Positions 9,567-18,347 of a stretch of DNA of 64,000 bases are shown piece after piece. The notes below the pieces were generated by a model. The model worked only from the letters and a program-made list of their open reading frames with translations, ran no database searches and had not been told where the DNA came from. The DNA lies in contig JBDTWD010000001.1 of NCBI GenBank assembly GCA_040006915.1, positions 34,229-98,228 on the forward strand, given 5' to 3'. Every line of letters starts with the position of its first letter. The stretch's first letter is position 1. The stretch comes from Candidatus Woesebacteria bacterium (lineage in GTDB: Bacteria > Patescibacteriota > Microgenomatia > UBA1400 > UBA12028). Made by a program: the position numbers and the translations under genes.

Positions 9567-11308
9567 CTATTCCAAGTGCTCGCTCGCAGCGCATTGAGAA
9601 TGACCGCAACATCGATCACTTCTTGCAGCAATGCGCCCGTAATTGGAGGGATAAAACCAAAAGCAGCGGCAACCATTCCTATAATTGACAGACCAATGCC
9701 AAAGAAAATACTTTGAGTCGCGATCAAAAGAGTGTGATGAGAGATTGCAACAGCATCACTCACAGAATCCAAATTCCCATTTAAAAACACAATATCAGCA
9801 GCTTCAGAAGAAGCTGTTTGTTCTTCATTACTAAACACCATTCCAACGTCGGCAGCTGCGAGGGCTGGTGCATCGTTAATCCCATCACCAATCATTGCTG
9901 TGACAATGTGTTTGCTTTGCAGCTCATGAATTCCTTTTTGTTTATCTTCTGGAGTGCAGTGGGTATGCACAGAAAAAGAGAGTCCTAAGTCTTTTAGGAA
10001 TTGTTGGGTATGCGTATTTTCATCACCGGTATAGAGGGACAGTGCCATCCCTTGTTGCTGCAAAGAACGTAGAGTTGCGACGGCATCAGGTTTGACCACG
10101 TCGGCAAAAGCAAAGGTGGCAATACAGGTTTTTTCTTGCCAAAATCCGACGACCATTTCTTCTTTTTCAAATTTGGCGAAATGATAGTGTTTGCCTGCGT
10201 TTATCCCACTGATGCCTTCACCAATTTTTTCTTGAATGTGGGTAAAGTCTTCGGCGGTGATCTTCTGGTGATTCGCCTCGCGCAAAATGGCTTTGGCGAG
10301 CGGATGTAGAGACTGACTCTCAAGGCCTGCCGCCAGCGCCAAGACTTGGGATTCGGCTAACTTGCGATCAAGAATGGTAATCGTCCTAAGCTCTGGTTTT
10401 CCTAGCGTTAAGGTGCCCGTCTTATCAAACAACATTGCTTTCACACGTGAGAGCACTTCAAGACTTGAAAGACTTTTGATGATAATACGCCTGCTTGCAG
10501 CGGCGTTCACTCCCCCCATCAGAGCAATGGGAGTGGCGAGAATCAACGGGCATGGAGTTGCGAGCACCAAAATCGCCAAGACTCTCTGCACATCTCCTGT
10601 CAGTGCATACGTGACTGCCACGATCGTAAAGGTGATAATGGTAAAGATGACACTATAGCGATCAGCAATTCGAATCAGTGGACTTTTTTCTTGTTGTGCC
10701 AGCTCTACCATGGCAATGATTTTGCGATAGGTTGAATCTTTATCGATTGTTCTCACCCGTATGATGATGGGATTGCCGATATTTATCGTGCCGCTGCGTA
10801 GGAGCATGGTCTTATGCTTGCTTTGGGCGAACACTTCACCAGTTAGTGAGGATTCATCAATGAGGGCTGCATCTGACACGAGTGAGCCATCCAAGGGAAT
10901 GACTTCTCCTTTACGCACCAAAATCTCTTCTCCGATTGTGACTGTAGCAATTTCTTTGATTTGGTTGTGTAGAGCGAGGGTGACGCTATGCGGAATGCGG
11001 CTTGTAAGCTTGGTCAATGCGCTCTTCGCTTTCCTCACCCCATATTTTTCCAAGGTATTGCCTCCAGCCAGCATCAAAACAATCACTGCTGCGACCAGAT
11101 ACTCCCCCGTGAAAATGCCTGTTAAGATGGCGACGATGGCAATGTAATCGAGAGCAAATTTTCTCTGATAGACGGAGCGAGCCGTATCAATAACAAGTTC
11201 GATGCTGCCTATCACAATCACTACGAGAAGGAGAAACGATAAGTGCGTAAGCAAAAAAACAATGATTCCAGTTAGAACAATGACAGGAACAAAAAATAAC
11301 TCAAACAT
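9563..11308 (-). CDS. P1B-type heavy-metal-translocating P-type ATPase in minimal form: about six TM helices and no N-terminal metal-binding domain.
   Basis: TGE (SLTGEV), DKTGTLT, TGD, GDGINDAPAL. The TM4 motif TPCPLILATP is a CPx/TPC-type metal site. There are only two TM helices before the actuator domain and no HMA domain. Confidence 0.85.
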   Translation of the reverse strand: MFELFFVPVIVLTGIIVFLLTHLSFLLLVVIVIGSIELVIDTARSVYQRKFALDYIAIVAILTGIFTGEYLVAAVIVLMLAGGNTLEKYGVRKAKSALTKLTSRIPHSVTLALHNQIKEIATVTIGEEILVRKGEVIPLDGSLVSDAALIDESSLTGEVFAQSKHKTMLLRSGTINIGNPIIIRVRTIDKDSTYRKIIAMVELAQQEKSPLIRIADRYSVIFTIITFTIVAVTYALTGDVQRVLAILVLATPCPLILATPIALMGGVNAAASRRIIIKSLSSLEVLSRVKAMLFDKTGTLTLGKPELRTITILDRKLAESQVLALAAGLESQSLHPLAKAILREANHQKITAEDFTHIQEKIGEGISGINAGKHYHFAKFEKEEMVVGFWQEKTCIATFAFADVVKPDAVATLRSLQQQGMALSLYTGDENTHTQQFLKDLGLSFSVHTHCTPEDKQKGIHELQSKHIVTAMIGDGINDAPALAAADVGMVFSNEEQTASSEAADIVFLNGNLDSVSDAVAISHHTLLIATQSIFFGIGLSIIGMVAAAFGFIPPITGALLQEVIDVAVILNALRASTWNS

Positions 11309-11334
11309 ACCGCTAATGCTACACTATATCTGCT

Positions 11335-12492
11335 ATGCATCAAAATATTCGTATCTTTCGCTGGTTTAATTTCTTCACTGATTTTCGGTTGTACGCTCCA
11401 GTGGCAATTTTGTATTTTACCAAAGTGAGTGGGTCATTTACCTTGGGCATGACCGTTTTTTCCGTCGCAATGGTTTCCTCTGCGCTCTTTGAGATTCCGA
11501 CGGGAATTTTTTCTGATCGTATTGGGCGAAAAAGAACAGTCATATGTGGAGCGCTTGCTTCTATTCTCTCTATTGTTCTCTACGCAATGAGTGGAAACTT
11601 TCTAATGTTGGCCTTCGGTGCGGTTTTCGAAGGGCTAGCTCGATCTTTTTATAGCGGCAACAATGAGGCTTTCTTGCATGATTCACTGACTCACGATAAT
11701 GAAGCCGAGGACTTTAGTGAACACTACGGCAAAATTTCCTCGATGTTTCAAATAGCGCTAGCATTGTCTGCAGTTGTTGGCGGAATTATTGCCTATTGGT
11801 CGTTTGCGGCTGTGATGTGGATTTCTGTGATCCCCCAGGTTATTTGCTTTATTTTAAGTTTATTCTTGATTGATATCAAAGTTGTCGAAAAGGGAGAGGG
11901 CAATATATATGTCCATTTGGCTCAAGCTTTCAAGGATTTTATTGGCAATCCTAAATTACGCGCTTTAAGCATTGCAGACATTTTTTCATACGCTTTAGGC
12001 GAATCAGGATATTTATTTCAATCGGCCTTTTATCAGACGATATGGCCAGTATGGGCGATTGGAATTGCCAAAGTGTTATCAAATCTAGGAGCGGCAACGA
12101 GTTTCCATTACAGTGGAAAGCTTTTAAGAAAGTACAATGCATTTGCTCTCGTCATGTGGGGTGCAGCGTATTCACGTGTGGTCACAATTTTAGCAACACT
12201 ATTCCCCTCCATCCTTTCACCATTACTTTTGGCTTCTGGCTCCCTTTGGTTTGGAGTCACGAATGTTGCAAAGGAAACGCTGATGCAGAAAGAATACACA
12301 GCCAGCAAGAGAGCAACGATGGGTTCCTTAAATTCTTTTGGAGGCAGTCTTCTCTTTGGAATTGCCGCTACTACCTTGGGATTTTTTGCAGACAAATTCT
12401 CTCCAGCCCAAGCACTGTTTGGAATTCAGATTGTTGCTCTGACAGTGTTATGGATGTATTGGAGAATGTTTAAAAAATATGGCAATATATAA
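11335..12492 (+). CDS. MFS transporter.
   Basis: Twelve predicted TM helices. The MFS loop motif GRKRTVICG lies between TM2 and TM3. Confidence 0.8.
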   Translation: MHQNIRIFRWFNFFTDFRLYAPVAILYFTKVSGSFTLGMTVFSVAMVSSALFEIPTGIFSDRIGRKRTVICGALASILSIVLYAMSGNFLMLAFGAVFEGLARSFYSGNNEAFLHDSLTHDNEAEDFSEHYGKISSMFQIALALSAVVGGIIAYWSFAAVMWISVIPQVICFILSLFLIDIKVVEKGEGNIYVHLAQAFKDFIGNPKLRALSIADIFSYALGESGYLFQSAFYQTIWPVWAIGIAKVLSNLGAATSFHYSGKLLRKYNAFALVMWGAAYSRVVTILATLFPSILSPLLLASGSLWFGVTNVAKETLMQKEYTASKRATMGSLNSFGGSLLFGIAATTLGFFADKFSPAQALFGIQIVALTVLWMYWRMFKKYGNI

Positions 12493-12757
12493 ATCCACCG
12501 TAATAACGGATGAACTCACTTCCCTTCCTGGTATCGGTGTCTCAATTGCCAAAGACTTACGTGATTTAGGAATTCAAAAAACTTTTGACTTGAAAGACAA
12601 AGATCCCGAGAAGCTATATGAAAAATTAGAACAATTGCGAGGAGCGCATATTGATCGCTGTGTTCTCTATGTGTTTCGCTGTATCGTGTATGCTGTTACG
12701 ACAAAGTCTCCGGATCCAAAACTGCTTCTGTGGTGGAATTGGAAAGATCAGCAGTAG
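12479..12757 (+). CDS. Helix-hairpin-helix DNA-binding protein (Cdd1/pathogenicity-locus HhH family).
   Basis: LTSLPGIGVSIAKDLRDLGI is an HhH motif. The 3' end overlaps the convergent gene 12696..13634, so the true C-terminus is uncertain. Confidence 0.45.
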   Translation: MAIYKSTVITDELTSLPGIGVSIAKDLRDLGIQKTFDLKDKDPEKLYEKLEQLRGAHIDRCVLYVFRCIVYAVTTKSPDPKLLLWWNWKDQQ

Positions 12758-13634
12758 GCTCATCACTGTCTCGTTTAATACGGGCTTTGGCTTTATCCAT
12801 TTCTCTTTTGGCTTCCCTCCCAATCCAAAGCATGACGGCAACAGGAACGTAACTTCCCAGGACAAACACCGCGCGAACAAATTCGTTATTGTCAAAAGAC
12901 TTGGAATTATATTTCAATACCAAGCTCATCAGATCCGGGAGAAGGAGCGGAGGGAGTACAATCCATTTTTTGGCAATGGCTTTTAAGAAAACGGAAGCAA
13001 GGAACAGTCGCTCATGATCGACTGTAACTGTGTCATCTTTTTGTTCGTACATCCCCTGCTCTTTTTCACGTTGGGCTTCATAATAGATAAGACGATTGAG
13101 TTCTGTTTCCCGATAGAGACCGATCTCTCCCCGCCCATCAAAGATGACACTCACAAAAACATGGTCCTTTTTTTCCAGCTCATGCCCCATTTGTCCAAAG
13201 AATTTCACGATCTTTTTCTTCTGTGATAAATAGGGAAATTGTTGCTTCCATCGTTTTTTCTGTTTGCTGGTTGGATTGGTGTAGATATCGATTTGTCTTT
13301 TTATTTTTCTGGTAAAGGCACTCAGTTGGCTATCGATAACGGCATCGTAATCGTCGTACAGAGATCTTCCCATCTCAAGATGGGCGATGACTTCTTCAAT
13401 GACATGACGAACATGGTGTTGCGACAGTTTGGGATATTTTAATGACCACGCGTGCATCTGATAAATCTTTTTATCTCTGTACTGCACAAGCAATTCTGCT
13501 CTACGGGCTTCAATAAGTCGTCGCTGTTGAGCTTCCGTTTCGATGGAGAGAATCGGTCTTTCGGGTTTTTCTTTGTGTCGCATATAGATATATAGTACAA
13601 TAGAGAGGCAATATGAAACCAATAACCCAAACAT
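12696..13634 (-). CDS. Hypothetical protein with a possible C-terminal TM segment.
   Basis: 312-aa ORF with no recognisable motifs. Confidence 0.4.
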   Translation of the reverse strand: MFGLLVSYCLSIVLYIYMRHKEKPERPILSIETEAQQRRLIEARRAELLVQYRDKKIYQMHAWSLKYPKLSQHHVRHVIEEVIAHLEMGRSLYDDYDAVIDSQLSAFTRKIKRQIDIYTNPTSKQKKRWKQQFPYLSQKKKIVKFFGQMGHELEKKDHVFVSVIFDGRGEIGLYRETELNRLIYYEAQREKEQGMYEQKDDTVTVDHERLFLASVFLKAIAKKWIVLPPLLLPDLMSLVLKYNSKSFDNNEFVRAVFVLGSYVPVAVMLWIGREAKREMDKAKARIKRDSDEPTADLSNSTTEAVLDPETLS

Positions 13635-14005
13635 ACGTCATTCATTCCACGCTAGAAAACGTCTGGCAAGCATTGATTGACCCCAAGATGATCGATGGAT
13701 GGGGTGGAGGACCGGCAAAGATGAGTGACAAGCGTGGAGCGCTGTTTAGTCTTTGGGGTGGAGATGTGCACGGAAAAAATCTTGAAGTTCATAATGAAGC
13801 TCAGTTGGTTCAAGAATGGATAGGGTGGAAAGATGAGACCTTAGGGGCTTCGAAACTGACCTTGGACCTTACGGAAAAAAATGGCGTGACAACTGTCAAG
13901 CTTACCCATGAAAATGTTCCAGAATCAGAATACAAGGAAGTGAAAAAAGGCTGGAAAGATTTTTACTTCGGACCCTTAAAAACCCTGCTTGAAAAGAATT
14001 CCTAA
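13613..14005 (+). CDS. SRPBCC/AHSA1-like (Aha1 domain) protein.
   Basis: Size and pattern TLENVWQALIDPKMIDGWGG ... WKDFYFGPL are typical of PF08327 Aha1-domain proteins. Confidence 0.65.
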   Translation: MKPITQTYVIHSTLENVWQALIDPKMIDGWGGGPAKMSDKRGALFSLWGGDVHGKNLEVHNEAQLVQEWIGWKDETLGASKLTLDLTEKNGVTTVKLTHENVPESEYKEVKKGWKDFYFGPLKTLLEKNS

Positions 14006-14009
14006 TTTT

Positions 14010-14714
14010 CTACTCTCTGTATAGTTCTTGAACGTGATACAAGAATGTTTCAATGATCGGGTTTATCGTTTCGCAGAGTTTGAGTTTCTCTTCAAATGTC
14101 CAGTTAAGATACGAATCCATGGATTTCTCACCGGAGGAAAAATCAGCATGAAGTTGGATGAGGAGGGCTAGGAGGGTTTCTGATTTTTCGTTTGGAGCTT
14201 GCAGATGTTTGAGTGCATATTCTAGCCCTACAAAATTCGTTCTGAGGCCAAAGATATTCGCGTTGCGAATTTTCGATTGATCGACAAACTCTCGAAAAAC
14301 TCCTCCCAGGAATACTTCCATAGCCTGTTTGCTTTTCTCTCTTTCTCCATCGGTTTCGTGATTATCAAGAATGATCGGCTGATCATGGTATCCTTCAAGC
14401 AGTTCAATGAAGCGACGAATATTCTTTTGGGTTCTATCTGGAAGCCAATAGACATGTTCAGGAAGCTCTAGTGGTGTCGCCGGTTCTGGCCATACGGCTT
14501 CCACTTTTCTATTGGGATGAAGTATTTTTTTTAGTTTTTCCCAAATGATTTTGTCCGGGAGAAATACCAATGAGTTTTCCAGATCGTATTCATCTCTAAA
14601 CTCTTTAATAACTTCTTTGATTTTATCTAGATTAAAATGTGTATCGACAAAGTCTGCATGGTTTTCTGAGGGTTCCTGCATTTGTTCTAGAGAAATCTGA
14701 AATTTCTTACTCAT
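14010..14714 (-). CDS. Hypothetical protein.
   Basis: 234-aa ORF with no recognisable motifs. Confidence 0.45.
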   Translation of the reverse strand: MSKKFQISLEQMQEPSENHADFVDTHFNLDKIKEVIKEFRDEYDLENSLVFLPDKIIWEKLKKILHPNRKVEAVWPEPATPLELPEHVYWLPDRTQKNIRRFIELLEGYHDQPIILDNHETDGEREKSKQAMEVFLGGVFREFVDQSKIRNANIFGLRTNFVGLEYALKHLQAPNEKSETLLALLIQLHADFSSGEKSMDSYLNWTFEEKLKLCETINPIIETFLYHVQELYRE

Positions 14715-14729
14715 ACCTTACATACTATA

Positions 14730-16262
14730 TCACGGGAGCAAAATGCGAATATCAGCCGTGATAACTTGCTTGGCAGCAGGAGAAGAAGTGGTGAGGAAGT
14801 TGTCTTTAACGCCCGAAAGTTCTTTGATTTTCTTGGTAATCTCCGGATCAAAATGCGTAGATTGCAGAATCAGTGTGGCGCTGGTCGTGGCATTTTTCAT
14901 GACTAGCGGTCCAAGTTTGGCCGGATATCCAGCTTGGTTTAACGTATCTTTAAGTGTGGTTGCTGCTCCTGAATTGGTCCAGTTGGCGCTAATTTCAATT
15001 ACTGGATATTGTAATGGAATAGACGGATTAATTGTTGACGCTATCCAGTTTCTGATCGCATCAAACTTCCCGTCACCTGCTAGAGGAGTAAGTGCAAATT
15101 GTTTGTCGGCTGTATATCCTTGTCCTAAATAATTATCGGTAGAGAGTGCGAGATTGACCACTTCATATCCACGAATTTCTTGAGCCTTCGGGAGCTGTCC
15201 AACAATGTCAGTAGCGGATAAATCAGTATCAATATGTGAACGTAAGGTTGCAAAGAAGGATGGGATTTTGGTTACAGCTCCTAAAGAGAAAAGTTTGTCA
15301 GTCACGGCTTCTATCAGCAATCGTTGACGACGAGACCGGGCAAAGTCATTTCCATCTTCGCTGCTGTGACGAGAGCGGACATATTTTAAGGCAAGCTTTC
15401 CATCTAAATGTTGTTTGCCAGTATCAAAGTGGAGTAGTTCATAGCGACAGGGATAGTCTTTAGGAAGTCCTTTCAAAAGACTTTGATCGAGTTTCCCGGT
15501 GGCGATCAAATCGCTTTCTGAGGTTTCAAGCGTGGAAGAGCCAGATGCATAGGTGGTGCAGTCCAAGGTTTCACGTCCAGCAATAGGATATTCATAATCA
15601 GTGAACGCTCTGTCCACAGTCAGATCGACTCCGCCAATACTATCCACGGCTTGTTCAAATCCGGAAAAATCGATGGTCACATATTTGTCGACTTTTAAGC
15701 CTGTCACTTGTTCAATGACATCTTTGGCGAGGGTTCCCCCTCCGTTCGTTCCATTATATTTCTCGATTTTGTCGACGTAGTTATGGGTATCGATTCCAAT
15801 TGCATACGCACTATTAATTTTGCCCGTGACCCCATCTCCCCCGTTATATGGAATCTTCACCCACAAATCTCTGGGGATGGAAATGAGAACAACTTTCTTT
15901 TGGGTTTCAAGGATCCTGGCAACCAGAATCGTATCTGCAAGGGCTCCTCCTTCATGTCCTGCTCCACCTCGGCCCATGAGCAGCATCGTTAACCCTGGTT
16001 CTGGTGTGGGAGTAGGAGCCAAAGTTGCCTGTGCTCCATTTCCATTGGGTTGTCCAATCAGTGATCCAGAACTGTAGGAGAAACGTGAGGCAATTGCGAC
16101 GATGAGCGCTATAGCCAGTACGATTACGCCAATGATTGCAAAAGGCATGAATTTTTTTGGTGGAGGAACAGATTGGTGGTTGGCTTGCGTATGTGCAGCC
16201 ATGGCTTGTGCAAACGGATCGGAATCGATGGGAATTGGTGGTTTTACTTTCTTCTCGTGCAT
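14730..16262 (-). CDS. LCP (LytR-CpsA-Psr) family cell-envelope phosphotransferase with an N-terminal TM anchor and a C-terminal LytR_C-like domain.
   Basis: LLMGRGGAGHEGGALADTILVARI is the LCP core motif. There is a TM helix near the N-terminus and a Thr/Pro-rich linker. Confidence 0.85.
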   Translation of the reverse strand: MHEKKVKPPIPIDSDPFAQAMAAHTQANHQSVPPPKKFMPFAIIGVIVLAIALIVAIASRFSYSSGSLIGQPNGNGAQATLAPTPTPEPGLTMLLMGRGGAGHEGGALADTILVARILETQKKVVLISIPRDLWVKIPYNGGDGVTGKINSAYAIGIDTHNYVDKIEKYNGTNGGGTLAKDVIEQVTGLKVDKYVTIDFSGFEQAVDSIGGVDLTVDRAFTDYEYPIAGRETLDCTTYASGSSTLETSESDLIATGKLDQSLLKGLPKDYPCRYELLHFDTGKQHLDGKLALKYVRSRHSSEDGNDFARSRRQRLLIEAVTDKLFSLGAVTKIPSFFATLRSHIDTDLSATDIVGQLPKAQEIRGYEVVNLALSTDNYLGQGYTADKQFALTPLAGDGKFDAIRNWIASTINPSIPLQYPVIEISANWTNSGAATTLKDTLNQAGYPAKLGPLVMKNATTSATLILQSTHFDPEITKKIKELSGVKDNFLTTSSPAAKQVITADIRILLP

Positions 16263-16354
16263 CAGAACGATTATTGTACCTACAAAGACACCAACAGTCG
16301 ACTATGTCTGTTGGATTTAAGAACACTGGTTTACCGATAGAGAGCTTTTGATGC

Positions 16355-16380
16355 AAAAAAGGAAGGGTGTTATCCCTTCC
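16355..16380 (-). terminator. Rho-independent terminator-like hairpin (7-bp GC-rich stem) followed by a T-run on the minus strand.
   Basis: Plus strand aaaaaaGGAAGGGtgttatCCCTTCC at 16355-16380. It lies downstream of the minus-strand gene 16458..17012. Confidence 0.45.
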
Positions 16381-16457
16381 CTTGTTTGGTGAATATGAGA
16401 GTCCTTGGACTGACGCTATGTCAGTTTTGTTGAGTATTTGCTCCCGATTCTTGGTAT

Positions 16458-17012
16458 CTATTCTTCTTCGGCAGCATCGTGCTGATCTTTCCAGTAGTTA
16501 AGGAGTGCGTTGCGAATTGCTTCAGCGTTGGAACTCCATTCCCCCTTCAGATACACAATAGCATCCTCGACATCATTCTGTTTCAGTTCCTTGATGATGT
16601 CTTGAACCCATTTAAACCGCCTGTTGCAGTTCTCAACCACTTTTTGTTGAGCGACAATTCTTTTCTTCCAACTCGAATAACTGAAAGATCGACGAACTCG
16701 GTAGAAAGGAGCTGTGGGAGGCTTGCGTTCGCCTAGCCGCATCAACTTGAAGTCCTCTTCCGCCTGTTCCGTTCGCGCGATTGCGTACTCCTTGCCAAAC
16801 CAGTCGAGTGCCTGTTCTATGGCGGTTTTTTCGACCACGACATCTGCCCCTTCTTTTTTGGGTTCACCTTCGTTTGTCAAGATCCTTACTCCTTTGCTAT
16901 GCCTTTTAGAATATAGAAATACTCGAGTAGTATACGATATTTCATATGAGGAATCAACACTATGGGACGTAGTGTTCTCAGATGAAGACCTCAAGTGATA
17001 TACTACCTGCAT
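16458..17012 (-). CDS. Hypothetical protein.
   Basis: 184-aa ORF with acidic and basic low-complexity segments. Confidence 0.4.
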   Translation of the reverse strand: MQVVYHLRSSSENTTSHSVDSSYEISYTTRVFLYSKRHSKGVRILTNEGEPKKEGADVVVEKTAIEQALDWFGKEYAIARTEQAEEDFKLMRLGERKPPTAPFYRVRRSFSYSSWKKRIVAQQKVVENCNRRFKWVQDIIKELKQNDVEDAIVYLKGEWSSNAEAIRNALLNYWKDQHDAAEEE

Positions 17013-17481
17013 GAAATCTGAAAATGCGCCCCAACACGACCTCTCCTCTTTATCTGATGAATCTGAGTCAACTCAAGAGTTTATTCAGTTTTTAGGAGAT
17101 GATTTAGACAGAATGTTTGTAATTTTGCCGGATTCTACTTTAGGCAGTCTCTTTGATGAAGTAAAGGTTTGGATTGACGATGTTATCGGTCAAGACTACG
17201 CCAAGTCAAGATTACAGCTTGGTCTTGGCATGTATCTTTCAGACTTGGGTTGTGGAAGAATTGTGGCGATTGCTGATTTTGGAAAAGATATTTTCCTGAC
17301 AACGAAAAGTTATGTAGGCAATCGTGCGCGGATATTGTCTGTACTTTCGCAAATTGAGGTCCATAAATATACCTGGATTTCTCAAGCCAGAATGAAGAAT
17401 TGGCCCGATCCTGAGAAAACCTGGAATGAAACTTTTCTAAAGATAAAGAATGTTGCTACTCGAGTAAAAACAGCATACTAG
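17011..17481 (+). CDS. Hypothetical protein.
   Basis: 156-aa ORF with no recognisable motifs. Confidence 0.4.
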   Translation: MKSENAPQHDLSSLSDESESTQEFIQFLGDDLDRMFVILPDSTLGSLFDEVKVWIDDVIGQDYAKSRLQLGLGMYLSDLGCGRIVAIADFGKDIFLTTKSYVGNRARILSVLSQIEVHKYTWISQARMKNWPDPEKTWNETFLKIKNVATRVKTAY

Positions 17482-17496
17482 CACTTCGGTGTTTTT

Positions 17497-17565
17497 TTAT
17501 TTCTCCAGATCAAGAGTTCGATCAATGTGGATTTGAGCCACAAAGTCAGAGACATGGAAAACATA
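17497..17565 (-). pseudogene. Degenerate relic of an ABC-F gene 3' end. It is a ~65-bp copy, ~85% identical, of the last codons and stop of gene 18348..19865.
   Basis: 17503-17565 aligns to 18354-18415. After one indel the reverse-strand translation reads SDFVAQIHIDRTLDLEK-stop, against the intact gene's PDFVAQIHIDRILDLEK-stop. Confidence 0.5.
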
Positions 17566-17835
17566 TAATAACTATAGGCTTCTCCGTGTGGTATAGACCT
17601 TAGTCTATTCTCGAGTATTCGAGAAATGGTACGTTATTTATGGAGGGATAGAAAAATGTCTATAGGTAAGGAAAAAAAGGATAAGAAAGCACCTGGTTTG
17701 ACCATAAAAAAGTTAAACCGAGACAATCCCAAACCTTTGCCGAGACCTGTTAGATTTCCTGGGCAGCGCGTCCAGGTAAAGCACATCTATTGATAACGTT
17801 CATTGAAAACTGCCCTCGGAGAGATCCGGGGGCTT

Positions 17836-18261
17836 TCATTTTTCTAGAGGTGAATAGAGGCCGTGCTCACCTGAACTGCCCGCAGGTTCACCAAGCACGT
17901 ATTTGTCTTTTTGGACTAAATCTATAATGTAGCCCATCGCTTTTTTTGAGTTTTCTCTATCGTAAGTGACATCCGCTTCCCAGGTATATCCTCTACCTTC
18001 AGCGCTCTCAGGAGTTAATGTTTCATCGATTGGGAGATTTGGAAGTTGCTTGATGTAGAGGCCGATATACTTATCTGTTTGGTCGTCTTGTGCCGGTGCT
18101 CCTACAACGTATTCGTAGTCGACGATTTGACGGATTTTCGCATCTCTTTCAAACTCTTGTAACGTCTCGAGTTTCTTGTTGTCTTCTATCCAGACATATC
18201 CCCGTACTTTTGCATTTTCGTAAGTAAGATCGGGAATGATAAGTGTAGAATCCAGTTTCAT
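17836..18261 (-). CDS. Hypothetical protein with an internal tandem duplication, carried on the ~790-bp segment between the ABC-F 3'-end repeats.
   Basis: Two similar halves: VRGYVWIEDNKKLETLQEFERDAKIRQIVDYEYVVGAPAQDD and GRGYTWEADVTYDRENSKKAMGYIIDLVQKDKYVLGEPAGSS. Confidence 0.45.
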   Translation of the reverse strand: MKLDSTLIIPDLTYENAKVRGYVWIEDNKKLETLQEFERDAKIRQIVDYEYVVGAPAQDDQTDKYIGLYIKQLPNLPIDETLTPESAEGRGYTWEADVTYDRENSKKAMGYIIDLVQKDKYVLGEPAGSSGEHGLYSPLEK

Positions 18262-18347
18262 ATATGCTCAGTATAGAAGATGTCAAAAGAAACATCTTGT
18301 AGGTCTTTGTAGACAACTCAAAGCTGTTTTGCCATCAAATATGAGGT

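Noticed and set aside
12479-12757. The full 92-aa extent of the HhH ORF.
   Set aside because: Its 3' third overlaps the convergent ORF 12696..13634 by ~60 nt. Only the N-terminal HhH part is convincing, so one of the two overlapping ends is probably over-extended.
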